Positions 8,799 to 20,960 are shown, counted from the stretch's first letter. The stretch is DNA of 64,000 nucleotides from Deltaproteobacteria bacterium (GCA_016177705.1 JACOUT010000005.1:94374-158373); one strand, 5' to 3'. The notes: a model not told the origin generated them from the sequence alone. Program-made: numbers and translations.

Positions 8799-9101
8799 GT
8801 GGCCAAGCCGACCAACACCGAGGAGGAGTTCTTCGCCCGGGAGGAGGCGGAGAAGCTCTACAAGCTCCACCAGGAGAACCTGAAGAAGATCAAGGCGCAG
8901 GAGGCCGAGGACCAGCAGAAGGCCCACGCCATGAAGTGCGGCAAGTGCGGCTACGACCTGCAGACCATCCGCTGGCGCAACGTCGATGTCGAGAAGTGCT
9001 TCCGCTGCGGCGCCATCCTGCTTGACGACGGCGAGCTCGAGAAGCTCGCGGGCAAGGAGGGCGGCTTTTTGGCCTCCTTCAACGGGCTCTTCAAGAGCTG
9101 A
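8799..9101 (+). CDS. zinc-ribbon domain protein
   Basis: GTG start preceded by GGAGGA. The 100-aa protein carries CGKCGYDL...CFRCGAIL, a CxxC-x16-CxxC zinc ribbon. Confidence 0.55.
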   Translation: MAKPTNTEEEFFAREEAEKLYKLHQENLKKIKAQEAEDQQKAHAMKCGKCGYDLQTIRWRNVDVEKCFRCGAILLDDGELEKLAGKEGGFLASFNGLFKS

Positions 9102-9116
9102 TCGCGAGCCGGCGGG

Positions 9117-10007
9117 TCACGGGGCCGGCGACGGCTGCGGTGGTGCGGACTGCGACGGCGAGCCCGCCGGCGGCACCGCCGGGAGCGCGCTCGCCTCGTG
9201 GCGGCGTTTGCGGAAGAACACCACCTCCTCGACCAGGCCGAGCAGGATGTAGCAGCCGACGGCCAGCACCAGCGTCACGCTGGCCTTGAGGATGACCACG
9301 GCCAGCCCGAGCGCGGCCAGCACCGCCACCAGGATGGGCGTGGTGCGCACGCTCGGGCGGAAGTCCTTGAAGGTGCGGAAGCGCACGCGGCTGACCATCA
9401 GGTAGCTCAGCACCACGACGAGGGCGGCGATGCTCGCTTTGGCCTCGACCGACTCGTGGATCCAGACGCTCTGCGCCACCACCAGCGCCACGATCATCAT
9501 GGCCGCGCCCGGGATGGGCAGGCCGATGAAGTACTTCAGCGAACCGTGGCCCCGCGCCGCCAGCACGTTGAAGCGCGCCAGGCGAATGGCGCCGCACGCG
9601 CAGAAGGCGAAGCCGATGGCGAGCCCGACGATGGGGTGCAGCCCCTTGAGCGCCCACTGATAGACCAGGATGCCGGGCGCCACGCCGAAGGAGATGACGT
9701 CGGCGAGCGAGTCGATCTGTACGCCGAAGTCGCTCTGCGTACGCGTCAGGCGCGCCACGCGCCCGTCGAACACGTCGAAGAAGCAGGCGAAGAACAGCGC
9801 GAGGCCTGCCTGGCGGAAGCTCTCCGGGCCCTCGCCCGAGGTGGCGCGCAGGATGGCGTAAAAGCCGCAGAAGATCGACGACACCGTGAAGGCGTTCGGC
9901 AGGATGAACAGCGCCTTCCTCAGGTCGAAGCGCGCCGCGCCCGCGCCGCGCGCGCGGCGCCGGAACAGGCGTCGACGGGGCCGAGAGCCCTCGTCGTCGT
10001 CGCTCAC
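9117..10007 (-). CDS. pssA: CDP-diacylglycerol--serine O-phosphatidyltransferase (CDP-alcohol phosphatidyltransferase family)
   Basis: The CDP-OH P-transferase motif DVFDGRVARLTRTQSDFGVQIDSLAD (DG..AR...G...D...D) is present in a multi-TM protein, and the layout is like Bacillus-type PssA. Confidence 0.8.
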   Translation of the reverse strand: MSDDDEGSRPRRRLFRRRARGAGAARFDLRKALFILPNAFTVSSIFCGFYAILRATSGEGPESFRQAGLALFFACFFDVFDGRVARLTRTQSDFGVQIDSLADVISFGVAPGILVYQWALKGLHPIVGLAIGFAFCACGAIRLARFNVLAARGHGSLKYFIGLPIPGAAMMIVALVVAQSVWIHESVEAKASIAALVVVLSYLMVSRVRFRTFKDFRPSVRTTPILVAVLAALGLAVVILKASVTLVLAVGCYILLGLVEEVVFFRKRRHEASALPAVPPAGSPSQSAPPQPSPAP

Positions 10008-10288
10008 TCGGCCCCCGGCTCGACGACGAAGCCGCAGGCGTCGAGGTCGTTCTCGTCGAGCGCGCCGCAGGTGCAGGTGGCGAGCTTGGCCTCACACAGA
10101 TCGCGATCGGCGTCGTCGATGGTGACCTGGCTCTGGCGGTTGACGATGCGGTCGTTGCGGCAGGACCGACGGTCGGCCTCGGTCGGTTCGCAGGCGCAGA
10201 TGCGCTCGGCCAGCACCACGCAGGGGTCTTGGCAGGCGGCCGTCGCGACCGCGAACACGGGGAGCAGGGCCAGGAGCAAGCGGCGCAC
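10004..10288 (-). CDS. small Cys-rich lipoprotein, hypothetical
   Basis: Signal peptide plus lipobox MRRLLLALLPVFAVATAAC and 10 Cys in 94 aa. Its last 4 nt overlap the pssA start. Confidence 0.5.
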   Translation of the reverse strand: MRRLLLALLPVFAVATAACQDPCVVLAERICACEPTEADRRSCRNDRIVNRQSQVTIDDADRDLCEAKLATCTCGALDENDLDACGFVVEPGAE

Positions 10289-10297
10289 GGGGTGCGG

Positions 10298-10960
10298 TTA
10301 CCCTCGCTGGTCCGTCGATTCAACCAGGGAGCCGGCTTCGAGGAAACGCAAGGTAAGCCGCGCCACCGCGGCGTCGTTCATGATGAAGGTGTGGATGGCC
10401 GGCACCTCGACGTGCGCCACGCCATCAAGGCGCGTCTCGTCGACGCCGACCACGCCGTCGGATGCCTCACCGGAGAACGGCAGCCAACGCGCGCGCGGGC
10501 CGCGCGTGCCGGCCACGATCAGCGTCGGCGCCGTCGGCACGGGTAGCTGGCGAAAGAACTCGTCGTCGGCGAGCTTCTCGCCGGCGTCGCGCGTGAGCGC
10601 GCGAAAAAGCGGGTTGCCGGCGAGCGCCCGCGCCATCACCGGCGGGCGGTTGGGCGGCGCCAGCATGATGAAGCGCGCCAGGCCCGGCAGGCGCGGCAGC
10701 GCCAGGCGCGTGATGACGTTGCCGAGCGAGTGGCCGATGACCGCGAAGCCGTCGTCGGACGCCGCGGTGGCGGGGGTCGACTCGACGTGGGCCACCAGCC
10801 GGTCGGCGATGCGCGCCAGCGGGTCGCGCGTGACGAAATAGGAAAACGAGCTCGGCTGGTGGCCGGCGGTGCGCAGCCGACGCGCCAACAGCGCCATCGA
10901 GACCTGCGTTCGACCCATGCCGTGGATGAGGAACACGCGCACCGGGGTCCACGCTACCAT
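10298..10960 (-). CDS. alpha/beta-hydrolase (lipase/esterase-like)
   Basis: ATG at 10960. The nucleophile elbow GHSLG and VFLIHGMGRT place it in the alpha/beta-hydrolase fold. The longer ORF extension to 11968 is a shadow. Confidence 0.75.
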   Translation of the reverse strand: MVAWTPVRVFLIHGMGRTQVSMALLARRLRTAGHQPSSFSYFVTRDPLARIADRLVAHVESTPATAASDDGFAVIGHSLGNVITRLALPRLPGLARFIMLAPPNRPPVMARALAGNPLFRALTRDAGEKLADDEFFRQLPVPTAPTLIVAGTRGPRARWLPFSGEASDGVVGVDETRLDGVAHVEVPAIHTFIMNDAAVARLTLRFLEAGSLVESTDQRG

Positions 10961-10966
10961 CTGCAG

Positions 10967-12409
10967 GTGCGGGCGTTCCTCGCCAACCTGCTGATCGCGT
11001 TCCTGCGGCTGGTGACGCGCGTGTTCTTTCGCTCCGTCGAGGTCAGCGGCGCCGAAAGTGTGCCGGACGGGCCGGTGATCTTCGTCGGCAACCATCCAAA
11101 CTCGCTGCTCGACCCGGTGATGGTCACGACCACCTGTCGTCGGCGGGTGCGCTTCGCTGCCAAGGAGGTGCTGTTCGACAGCGTCGTGCTGCGGCCGTTC
11201 CTGTGGCTGCTCGGCAGCGTGCCCATCAGGCGCCGTCAGGACCAGGTGGAGGGCGCGCGGGAGGACGGTCCCGTACCGGACGGCGCGCCGCCGCGCGTCG
11301 ACAATTCGGCGGCGTTCTCGGCGCTGCTCGAGGTGCTGGAACAGGGCGGCGCCTTCGGCATCTTCCCTGAGGGCATCAGCCACACGCGTCCCGAGCTGGC
11401 GCCGCTCAAGACCGGCGCGGCGCGGCTCGCGCTCGAGGCCGCCGCCAAGGGCATCCCGGTGCGCATCGTGCCGGTCGGGCTGCACTACCGTCGACGCGAT
11501 CGCATGCGAAGCCGCGTGCTGGTGCAGTACGGCGCCCCCATGGCCGTCGACGTGGAGCAGCTCGCGTCGTGGCGGACCGACCAGCATCATGCCGCCCGCA
11601 TCCTGACCGCGCGGCTCGGTTTGGCCCTGCGCGCGCAGACCATCAACGCGACGGACTTCGAGACGCTGCGCGTGCTCGAGGGCGTGCGGCGCCTCTACCA
11701 GCCCGAGCACGTCGCGCTCTCGCTGGCGCAGCAGAGCGAGATCCTGCGCCGCCTGATAGACGCCTGGGAGCGCCTGCAACACGACGCCGAGGTGCGTCGC
11801 TTCTTCTCCGATGTCGCCGCCTACCTGTTGCAGCTTCGCGCGCTCGGCCTGTCGGACACCGAGCTGCGCGGCGACCCGCCGCTGCTGGTGCGGCTGCAGC
11901 GCCTCGCACGGCATGCGGCCTTCCTGCTCGTGCTGGTGCCGGCGGCCATCCCCGGCGTGCTGGTGCACCTGCCGGTCTTGGTCACCGCGGTGTGGGCCGG
12001 CGAGGCGCTCACCTCGCGCGGCGACGTGCGCGCCACCATCAAGATGTGCGCGGCCACGCTGTTGACGCTCGGCGCCTACCTGGCGGTCGCGGGAGCTGTC
12101 CTGTGGCGTGACCCGTCAGTCGAGGGCGCGTTGCGTGCGGGCACGACGCTCGTGCTGCTCGTGTTGTCTGGGTACGCCACCGTGCGCGTGCTCGAGCGGC
12201 AGAGCGAGCTGCGACGCGCGCTCGCCACGTTCGTCGCGCTGCTGCACCTCGACCAGGAGATCGCGCGCCTGGCGGCGGAGCGCGACCGCTTGCGCGCCCG
12301 GCTGCTCGAGCTGGTCGACAAGCACCTCGGGCCCGAGGTGCCGCGCATCATCGCCCGCGACCAGCATGACGACGTCGCTGCGTGGCTCGATGCCGAGGAT
12401 CTCGATTGA
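10967..12409 (+). CDS. lysophospholipid / glycerol-3-phosphate acyltransferase family protein with a C-terminal membrane domain
   Basis: GTG at 10967 is the first in-frame start that does not overlap the divergent hydrolase. The acyltransferase motifs GNHPNSLLD and FPEGISHTRPE are present, followed by a hydrophobic C-terminal half. Confidence 0.7.
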   Translation: MRAFLANLLIAFLRLVTRVFFRSVEVSGAESVPDGPVIFVGNHPNSLLDPVMVTTTCRRRVRFAAKEVLFDSVVLRPFLWLLGSVPIRRRQDQVEGAREDGPVPDGAPPRVDNSAAFSALLEVLEQGGAFGIFPEGISHTRPELAPLKTGAARLALEAAAKGIPVRIVPVGLHYRRRDRMRSRVLVQYGAPMAVDVEQLASWRTDQHHAARILTARLGLALRAQTINATDFETLRVLEGVRRLYQPEHVALSLAQQSEILRRLIDAWERLQHDAEVRRFFSDVAAYLLQLRALGLSDTELRGDPPLLVRLQRLARHAAFLLVLVPAAIPGVLVHLPVLVTAVWAGEALTSRGDVRATIKMCAATLLTLGAYLAVAGAVLWRDPSVEGALRAGTTLVLLVLSGYATVRVLERQSELRRALATFVALLHLDQEIARLAAERDRLRARLLELVDKHLGPEVPRIIARDQHDDVAAWLDAEDLD

Positions 12410-12513
12410 CAGGCCTGTCCATCCCCTTGGTCCTGTGCCAAGGTGGCCGCGTGAGCGACGGGCCCAAGGCCGAGCCCGCGGACGGGTCGGCAAAAAAGCG
12501 TCCCAAGACCGAG

Positions 12514-13803
12514 ATGCGCGTGCCCCGTTATCAGGGGTCGGCGCCGCCGCCACCCGTGCCGCTCTCGCGCCTGCGGGCGGTGCCGGGCACGGAGCCGCTG
12601 CAAGCCGGAGACGCTGGGCCCGACCACGACGAGCTGCTGCTGCCCGACGGCGCGCTCGGCGCGGCGGAGCTGGCGCTCGGGCGCGCCGACCCGCTGGCCG
12701 CCGCGGCCGCTGTCGCCGTCGACGGTGTCAGCGACATTGACCGCCGCGCCGTGCAGGCGCGCGCCGCGCTCATGCAGGGCGATCTCGAGGCGGCGCGCGC
12801 CGCGCTCGGCAGCGACCGCGAGGCCGAGGCGCTCGCGCTCGCCGATGCCGCGTTGTCCCTAGCCGAAGGCGACGCAGCACGGGCCGCCCGGCGCGTGGCC
12901 GACGCGCTGTTCCGCCGGCCGAACGGCTTGGCCGAGCGCTACCTGCTCGCGCTCGTCAAGGTCGCCGAGGGCGACCTCGAGGAGGCGCAGACGTCGCTGG
13001 CCGCGGTCGCGCGCGCCTCGCCCACGCACGCGGTCGCGCGCTACCAGCTCGGGCAGCTCTTGCTCGCGGCCGGCGACCCGGCGCGCGCCGGGACGTTGTT
13101 CGAGATGGCGTGGCTGCTGCAACCCGGCTTCACCGCGCCCGCCATGGCGCTGGCCGAGATGCTGGTCGAGAGCAGACAGCACGGCGAGGCGCTCAACCTG
13201 ATCGGCCAGCTCACCGAGACCGCGCCCGAGGCGCTGGCGCCGCGCGTGTTGCAGCTCCGCGTGCTGCTCGACGTCGGCGAGCGCGAGGCGGCGCTGCAAT
13301 TGGCCGAGCTGTTGCGCGACAAGGTGCCCGGTCACGCCGAGATCACGCTGCTGTATGCGGAAGCGTTGAGCGAGAACGAACGACCGGACGAGGCCCGCGC
13401 CATCGTCGAGAAGCTGGTCGCCGCCGGCATCACCGACACCACGCTGCTGCAGCGCGCGCGACGGCAGCTCGCGCGCATCGCGCTCGCCGAGCGGCCTCCT
13501 CGCTCCGAGGAGGCGCTCACCATGCTCAAGGCCGCGGTGCGCGCCGGCGGCGCGCTCGCCGGCGAGCTGTGCATCGAGCTGTTCCACGTCTCGGTGGCGG
13601 TGGGGCGCCGGAACGACGCCGAGGAGGCGCTCGAGTTGCTGTCCCAGTCCGCCGACGTCGGCGCCGTCATCTCCGGCGCCATCCTGGCGCGCAGCCACGC
13701 CATGTGGGCCTACGCCCGCAAGCTCGCCGAGCTGGCACGAGCCCACGTTGCGGGCACGCCGGCCGAAGCACAGCTCGAGGGCTTCCTGGCGACGCTTCCC
13801 TGA
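12514..13803 (+). CDS. TPR-repeat protein
   Basis: Ala/Leu-rich helical repeats run throughout (e.g. YQLGQLLLAAGDPARAGTLFEMAWLLQP). The start is taken at MRVPRYQ; earlier in-frame starts remain possible. Confidence 0.55.
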   Translation: MRVPRYQGSAPPPPVPLSRLRAVPGTEPLQAGDAGPDHDELLLPDGALGAAELALGRADPLAAAAAVAVDGVSDIDRRAVQARAALMQGDLEAARAALGSDREAEALALADAALSLAEGDAARAARRVADALFRRPNGLAERYLLALVKVAEGDLEEAQTSLAAVARASPTHAVARYQLGQLLLAAGDPARAGTLFEMAWLLQPGFTAPAMALAEMLVESRQHGEALNLIGQLTETAPEALAPRVLQLRVLLDVGEREAALQLAELLRDKVPGHAEITLLYAEALSENERPDEARAIVEKLVAAGITDTTLLQRARRQLARIALAERPPRSEEALTMLKAAVRAGGALAGELCIELFHVSVAVGRRNDAEEALELLSQSADVGAVISGAILARSHAMWAYARKLAELARAHVAGTPAEAQLEGFLATLP

Positions 13804-13877
13804 CCAGGGCCGACGACGTCCGGCTCCGCGCTACGGTGCGTTGACAACGTGGGGCGGCGCGACGATGGTCCCGCCCC

Positions 13878-15164
13878 ATGGCCGCAAAGTTTCTCTCTCT
13901 CTACGACCAGTCGCGCGAGCGCGACCTGCTCAAGCACGGGCGCTACTACGTCGCTGCCGGCGTCATCTGGGCTACCGCCATGCTGCTCGGCATGGCCGTG
14001 TTCGGCATCAACTGGGGCATCGACTTCGCCGGCGGCATGGAGATGCAGATCAAGCTCGAGCAGCAGACCGAGCCGCAGCGCATTCGCGCCGCGCTCGATC
14101 GCCTCGGCTTCGAGAAGCACCAGGTGCAGCAGTATGGCGCCGACGCCGACAACGAGTGGCTGGTGCGCGTCGAGCGCGTCGCGGCGGTGACGCCCGACCA
14201 GCTCAAGGCCATCGAGGCCGCGCTGGCGACTGCGCTCGGCAGCGCCACCAAGGTCGACTTCGACCCGCGCCTGGGCGATCGCTTCCACCTGACCGCGGCC
14301 ATCGGCGACAGCGGCGCCGACGTGGTGGCGCTGCAGAACGCCTTGCAGGAGCAGCAGAAGAAGATCGCCGAGAGCATCGTCACCGTCCCCGAGGTCACGC
14401 TGCGCAAGACGCGCGCGCCCGACGGCTCGCTCACCACCGAGGGCGCGGTGATGCGCGACGAGCCCTACCAGGGCAAGGTGGTCTACACGGTGATGCTGCA
14501 GGGCGTGGCCGACCGCGTCGCCAAGGGATTGACCGCCGAGATCGGCACGCTGGAAGTGCGCCGCGTAGACTTCGTCGACGCCACGGTCGCCGAAGAGCTG
14601 AAGACCGACGGCGTCATCGCGCTCATCCTGTCGCTCGCGCTCATCCTCATCTACGTCGCGGTGCGCTTCGACATGTTCTTCGCTCCCGGCGCGGTCATCG
14701 CGCTGTTGCACGACCCGCTCGGCGCGCTCGCCGTCTACGTCATCGGTCGCATGGAGTTCGACCTGCCGAGCGTGGCCGCGCTGTTGACGACGGTCGGCTA
14801 TTCGATCTCCCACACCATCGTCATCTACGACCGCGTGCGCGCCACCATGCCCGCGGCTCCGCCCGGCGGCCTCGACCACGCGACCGTGCGCAAGGTGGTC
14901 AACAAGGCCGTCAACGACACCATCAACCGCACGCTCAACACCACGCTGACGCTGCTGTTCACCTCGGGCGCCATCTGGCTGCTCGGCCACGGCTCGCTGC
15001 GCGCCTTCGCCGCGTGCATGACGGTCGGCTGCGCCATCGGCGCCTACTCATCGGCCTTCATGGCGCCGACCTTCTACCTGTGGCTGCGCGAGCGCTTCTA
15101 CAAGGCGCCGACCGAGTCGCAGCGCGGCATCACGCGCGAGGATCGCGCCCGCGGCGTGGTCTGA
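13878..15164 (+). CDS. secF: protein translocase subunit SecF (long form)
   Basis: N-terminus GINWGIDFAGGMEMQIKLEQ matches the SecF signature, and a 6-TM RND-like C-terminal half carries GYSISHTIVIYDRVRA. No secD is adjacent. Confidence 0.75.
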   Translation: MAAKFLSLYDQSRERDLLKHGRYYVAAGVIWATAMLLGMAVFGINWGIDFAGGMEMQIKLEQQTEPQRIRAALDRLGFEKHQVQQYGADADNEWLVRVERVAAVTPDQLKAIEAALATALGSATKVDFDPRLGDRFHLTAAIGDSGADVVALQNALQEQQKKIAESIVTVPEVTLRKTRAPDGSLTTEGAVMRDEPYQGKVVYTVMLQGVADRVAKGLTAEIGTLEVRRVDFVDATVAEELKTDGVIALILSLALILIYVAVRFDMFFAPGAVIALLHDPLGALAVYVIGRMEFDLPSVAALLTTVGYSISHTIVIYDRVRATMPAAPPGGLDHATVRKVVNKAVNDTINRTLNTTLTLLFTSGAIWLLGHGSLRAFAACMTVGCAIGAYSSAFMAPTFYLWLRERFYKAPTESQRGITREDRARGVV

Positions 15165-15177
15165 CGAGGTTCGTCGG

Positions 15178-17778
15178 GTGCGTCGCGCGAGCTTCGTCAC
15201 GATCGCGCTGGTCGTCCTCGCCGCGTCCGCCTGCCCGCGGCCGGTCACTCGGCTCGCGGAGGCCGGCTGCCCGCCCGCCGACCGCGCGGCGCCGAGCACC
15301 TTTCCGCCCTGCGATCTCGGGTCGGGCGCGTTCGGCCGCTGGACGGTCGACGTCGACGGCCTGCCTGCCTACCGCTACACGCTCGACAACGCCGCCGATG
15401 ATCGCGCGCTCTGGACCCTGTCGGACGGCAGCACGCGACGCGATCACCTCTTTCAGATCGGCAACGACCGCGTCATCGGCGTGGTCGACACCGACGGCTT
15501 CGTTCAGTTGTTCTCGAAGGATCGCGGGCCGACGTTCTTGAACCGCGTCGACCGGCTGCAAGACCGCACCGGCGGCGGCTACTCTTGGTTGCGCGTCGGC
15601 GGGGGCGACGCCTTCGCGAGCGCCTTCGGCCTGCGCCGCGACGGGACCGAGGTGGAGCGCGTCTTCGGAGTCCAGGCCGCCAGCCACCGCGCCAAGGACG
15701 GTGCGCTCACCGTCACGCACCGGGTGACGGCGCCCGCGGGCGACCTGCCGCTCGTCGTCGACGAGGTCACCATCGAAAACGGTGGTCCCGCCGCCGAGCT
15801 GGTGCACTTCGAGGTGTGGGACGTCAACCGCCACGCGCTCAACCTGCAACTGCTGCGCTCGGGCTCGCTGTCGCCGAGCGTGCCCATCGACGGTGACGCG
15901 GCGCGCGACGCGCTCAACGCCGACTTCACCCTCAGCGCCGTGCCCGATGGCGCCGACGGCATGCGGCTGCGCCACACCAGCACCAAGGCGACGCCGTCGG
16001 ACCCAGCCGGCCCGGCGCCGCTCGATGACCACCCGCAGGACATCTTCCTGGCGGCGCTCGACGACGTCGCGCGCCAGGGCGCCTTCATCACGCAACGCGC
16101 GCTGTTCTTCGGGGCGGGTGGCGCTGTGCACCCCGACGCGGTGTTCTCCGGTGACGACGTCACCGCGCTCCTGCCCGAGGGATCCGCCGCCGGCGAGCCG
16201 GGCACGCTGGTGCACCGCGTGGACCTGTCGCTCGCCGAGGGCGAGCAGGTGACGCTGCGCTATGCCTTCGGCGCCGTCGACGCAGGCGCGCCGCTGCCGC
16301 TCGGCACGCTGCCCGACGACGTGCGCGGCGCCACCGCCGCCGCGGCGCTCGCGGCCATGCCGCTGGTGGCCGTCGACGACGCGCCGCGCCTGCATCGCGA
16401 GTCGGCCTGGCACGCCGCACAGCTCCTCGGCGCTACCGCCTACGACGCCTCCTTTGGCGTGCACCACACGGTGCAGGGCTCGGCCTACCAGTACCTGCAC
16501 GGCCTCGACGGCGCCGCGCGCGACTACGCCTTGTTCGCCGTGCCGCTCGCCTACCTGCGCCCCGACCTGGCGCGCGAGAACCTGCGCATGCTCGCGCGCA
16601 TGACCTTCGCCGAGAGCGGCCAGATCTCGTACGCCACCACCGGCTTCGGCATGACCGAGGACGCCGCCGTGCACACCGCGCCCTCCGATCTCGATCTGTT
16701 CTTCTTGTGGGCGCTCGCCGAGTACGTGGTGGCGACCGGCGATCGCGCCTTCCTCGACGATCAGAACCCCTACTGGCCGCCCGACGCCGCGCTTCCCGGC
16801 ACCATGCGCGAGCACGCCGTGCGCGCGGCGCGCCACCTGATCGACGACGTCGGCACCGGGCCGCATGGCCTGATCCGCGTCGGCACCGGCGACTGGAGCG
16901 ACGGCATCGTCTTCCTCGCCGACGACCGCGCCACCGCCACGGCCGTCGGCGAGAGCGTGCCCAACTCGCAGATGGCGACGTGGGTCTTGCCGGTGGCCGC
17001 GGGCGCGCTGTTCGCCGGCGACCCGTTGGCGGCAGAGCTCACGAGCTACGCCGGCACGCTGCGCGCCGAGCTTGTCGAGGAATGGACCGGCGCCTGGTTT
17101 CGGCGCGCCTGGTTCGACGTCGACGAGCCCTTCGGCGACGACCACCTCGACCTCGAGAGCCAGGTGTGGGCGCTGATCGGCGGCACCTTCGCCGACGACG
17201 CGCAGCGCGACCTGCTGATCGAGAGCGTGTACACGCGGCTCGATGAGCCCTCGGCGGTGGGCGCGCCGCTCGTCGAGGGAGGGCAGGTGTGGCACGCGAT
17301 TACCGCGCTGCTCACCTGGGGCTACAACCGAAGCCGCCCCGACCTCGCGTACCGATCGCTGCAGAACCACACCATGGCCGCGGCGGCGCGCGCCCAGCCG
17401 GCGCAGTGGTTCGGCATCTGGTCGGGGCCCGACGGCTTCATCCCGAGCGGCGGCACCTGGGCCTCGCCGGCCACGCCCATGACCGACTGGCCGGTGATGA
17501 ACACCAACCAACACGCGTTGCCGTTGCTGGCGCTGGTCCGCTCCTTGGGGCTCGAGCCGGGCGACGACGGCGCGCTGCACCTCCTGCCGTCCGCGCTGCC
17601 GGCGCCGTTCGCGGTCGAGCTGCCGGGGCTCACCGTGCGCAAGGACGAGGTAGGGACGCTCTCGGGCGAGCTGCGCCTGCTGGTCGATGGCGCGGTGAGG
17701 TTGGTGGTCGAGCCTGCCGGCGCGGCGCCGTTCGACGTCGTCGCGTCGGGCGCCGCCGGCACCGCGGTGAGCTTCTAG
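15178..17778 (+). CDS. lipoprotein, six-hairpin (alpha/alpha)6-barrel glycoside hydrolase-like (GH94/GH65/glucoamylase-like)
   Basis: Lipobox LVVLAASAC. An N-terminal beta-rich region is followed by a C-terminal (alpha/alpha)6-like region (FAVPLAYLRPDLARENLRMLAR...WALAEYVVATGDRAFLDD). The family assignment is tentative. Confidence 0.55.
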   Translation: MRRASFVTIALVVLAASACPRPVTRLAEAGCPPADRAAPSTFPPCDLGSGAFGRWTVDVDGLPAYRYTLDNAADDRALWTLSDGSTRRDHLFQIGNDRVIGVVDTDGFVQLFSKDRGPTFLNRVDRLQDRTGGGYSWLRVGGGDAFASAFGLRRDGTEVERVFGVQAASHRAKDGALTVTHRVTAPAGDLPLVVDEVTIENGGPAAELVHFEVWDVNRHALNLQLLRSGSLSPSVPIDGDAARDALNADFTLSAVPDGADGMRLRHTSTKATPSDPAGPAPLDDHPQDIFLAALDDVARQGAFITQRALFFGAGGAVHPDAVFSGDDVTALLPEGSAAGEPGTLVHRVDLSLAEGEQVTLRYAFGAVDAGAPLPLGTLPDDVRGATAAAALAAMPLVAVDDAPRLHRESAWHAAQLLGATAYDASFGVHHTVQGSAYQYLHGLDGAARDYALFAVPLAYLRPDLARENLRMLARMTFAESGQISYATTGFGMTEDAAVHTAPSDLDLFFLWALAEYVVATGDRAFLDDQNPYWPPDAALPGTMREHAVRAARHLIDDVGTGPHGLIRVGTGDWSDGIVFLADDRATATAVGESVPNSQMATWVLPVAAGALFAGDPLAAELTSYAGTLRAELVEEWTGAWFRRAWFDVDEPFGDDHLDLESQVWALIGGTFADDAQRDLLIESVYTRLDEPSAVGAPLVEGGQVWHAITALLTWGYNRSRPDLAYRSLQNHTMAAAARAQPAQWFGIWSGPDGFIPSGGTWASPATPMTDWPVMNTNQHALPLLALVRSLGLEPGDDGALHLLPSALPAPFAVELPGLTVRKDEVGTLSGELRLLVDGAVRLVVEPAGAAPFDVVASGAAGTAVSF

Positions 17779-17782
17779 CCGC

Positions 17783-19804
<2,022 letters not shown>

Positions 19805-19884
19805 GTGCCCGCCAGTCTAGCCAAATGCGCTCGTGCGCGTCCTTGGCGGTACACGTCCTACACGGGCGCCCGGTGCGATGGCGG

Positions 19885-20328
19885 TCAACGCCCGGGGGGC
19901 GGCTCGAAGGTGACGGTGGGCGCGCCCACAGGGGCAGGGGCGGCGTTGCGCACCGGACCGAACGCACCGGCGCCGAGCGTGGCGGTGAGCGCGACCACCA
20001 CGAGCGCACCGGCCGCGCACGCGGCGGCGACGATGCGCGCCAACTTCGGGTAGACCGCCCGCGAGGCCTTCGACACCGAGAGGCAGCCGGTGACCATCAT
20101 CAATGTCGAGACGCCGGCCAGCACGGGGGTGGCGATGGTGATGGGCAGCCACAAGAGCGTGCCACCAAGGCCGCCGAGGCCGGCGAGCACGCGCACCAGC
20201 GCCGCGACCAGCGCGGCCTTCTGCGTCATGTCGAGGCCTTCCCGTCGGCTGCGGTAGCCGGGGCGCGCGCGCGGCGCCAGCTCGGCGTCGTCGGGTGCGG
20301 GCTCAGGGTCGTCGGTGGTGGTGGTCAC
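19885..20328 (-). CDS. hypothetical membrane protein
   Basis: Two hydrophobic segments are present. An alternative start at MTQKAAL (20229) is possible. Confidence 0.4.
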   Translation of the reverse strand: MTTTTDDPEPAPDDAELAPRARPGYRSRREGLDMTQKAALVAALVRVLAGLGGLGGTLLWLPITIATPVLAGVSTLMMVTGCLSVSKASRAVYPKLARIVAAACAAGALVVVALTATLGAGAFGPVRNAAPAPVGAPTVTFEPPPGR

Positions 20329-20334
20329 GCGGGG

Positions 20335-20369
20335 CCTCGGGCACGGGCACGGGCACGGGCACGGGCACG
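20335..20369. repeat. hexanucleotide simple-sequence repeat (CACGGG)x5
   Basis: Read directly from the sequence. The repeat sits in the divergent intergenic region between the 19885-20328 gene and the 20439-20960 gene. Confidence 0.9.
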
Positions 20370-20438
20370 TTGGTGCGGGGGTATGGCATCCTGCGCCCCC
20401 TCGTGAAAGACGCTATCCACCCCACCGAGGTTCCGCTC

Positions 20439-20960
20439 ATGACGCTGATCCGCGCCGTCGTTGCCGCCACCACCTGCTGCGTGTGCCTCGCTGCCTGCCC
20501 CAAGGAGCCGCAGGGCGGCTTCGGCGACGGCAAGCCCGTGAAAGACGACGGCACGGTGATCAAACCGAGCGCCATGCCCGAGGCCCCGCCAGACTTCGCG
20601 AATGCGCTCGAGGTCGTGCCCGCCTTCGACAAGGCGAGCGGCAAGCTCACCGTCACGCTCAAGCTCAAGCCCGGCTACCACGCCTACGCGCCCGGCGAGG
20701 AGGTCGGCAAGCCGGTCGCGCTCAGCGTCGATGAGAGCAAGGGCGGCTGGAAGGTCGAGGGCGCCGTCACGGTGCCGGCGGGCCAGAAGAAGGACCTGGG
20801 TGCGCTCGGCACCTCGATGATCCTCGAGGGCAACGTCGACCTCACGGCCGTGGTCAAGGGCGGCAGCGGCGACGTCGAAGGCAAGGTGGACGCGCAGGTG
20901 TGCACCGACAAGGCCTGCGATCGACCAAAGTCGCATCCGTTCAAGGTGCCGACGGCCTGA
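20439..20960 (+). CDS. lipoprotein with a DsbD-N-terminal/DsbC-like thiol-disulfide domain
   Basis: Lipobox TCCVCLAAC. The segment [14 protein letters not shown]...[16 protein letters not shown] resembles the DsbD alpha-domain / PF11412 family. Confidence 0.5.
   Translation: MTLIRAVVAATTCCVCLAACPKEPQGGFGDGKPVKDDGTVIKPSAMPEAPPDFANALEVVPAFDKASGKLTVTLKLKPGYHAYAPGEEVGKPVALSVDESKGGWKVEGAVTVPAGQKKDLGALGTSMILEGNVDLTAVVKGGSGDVEGKVDAQVCTDKACDRPKSHPFKVPTA

Noticed and set aside
15130-17580. 816-aa minus-strand ORF antisense to the GH-like lipoprotein gene
   Set aside because: The composition is Arg/Gly/Ala-rich with no motifs, and the plus-strand reading has coherent domain structure.
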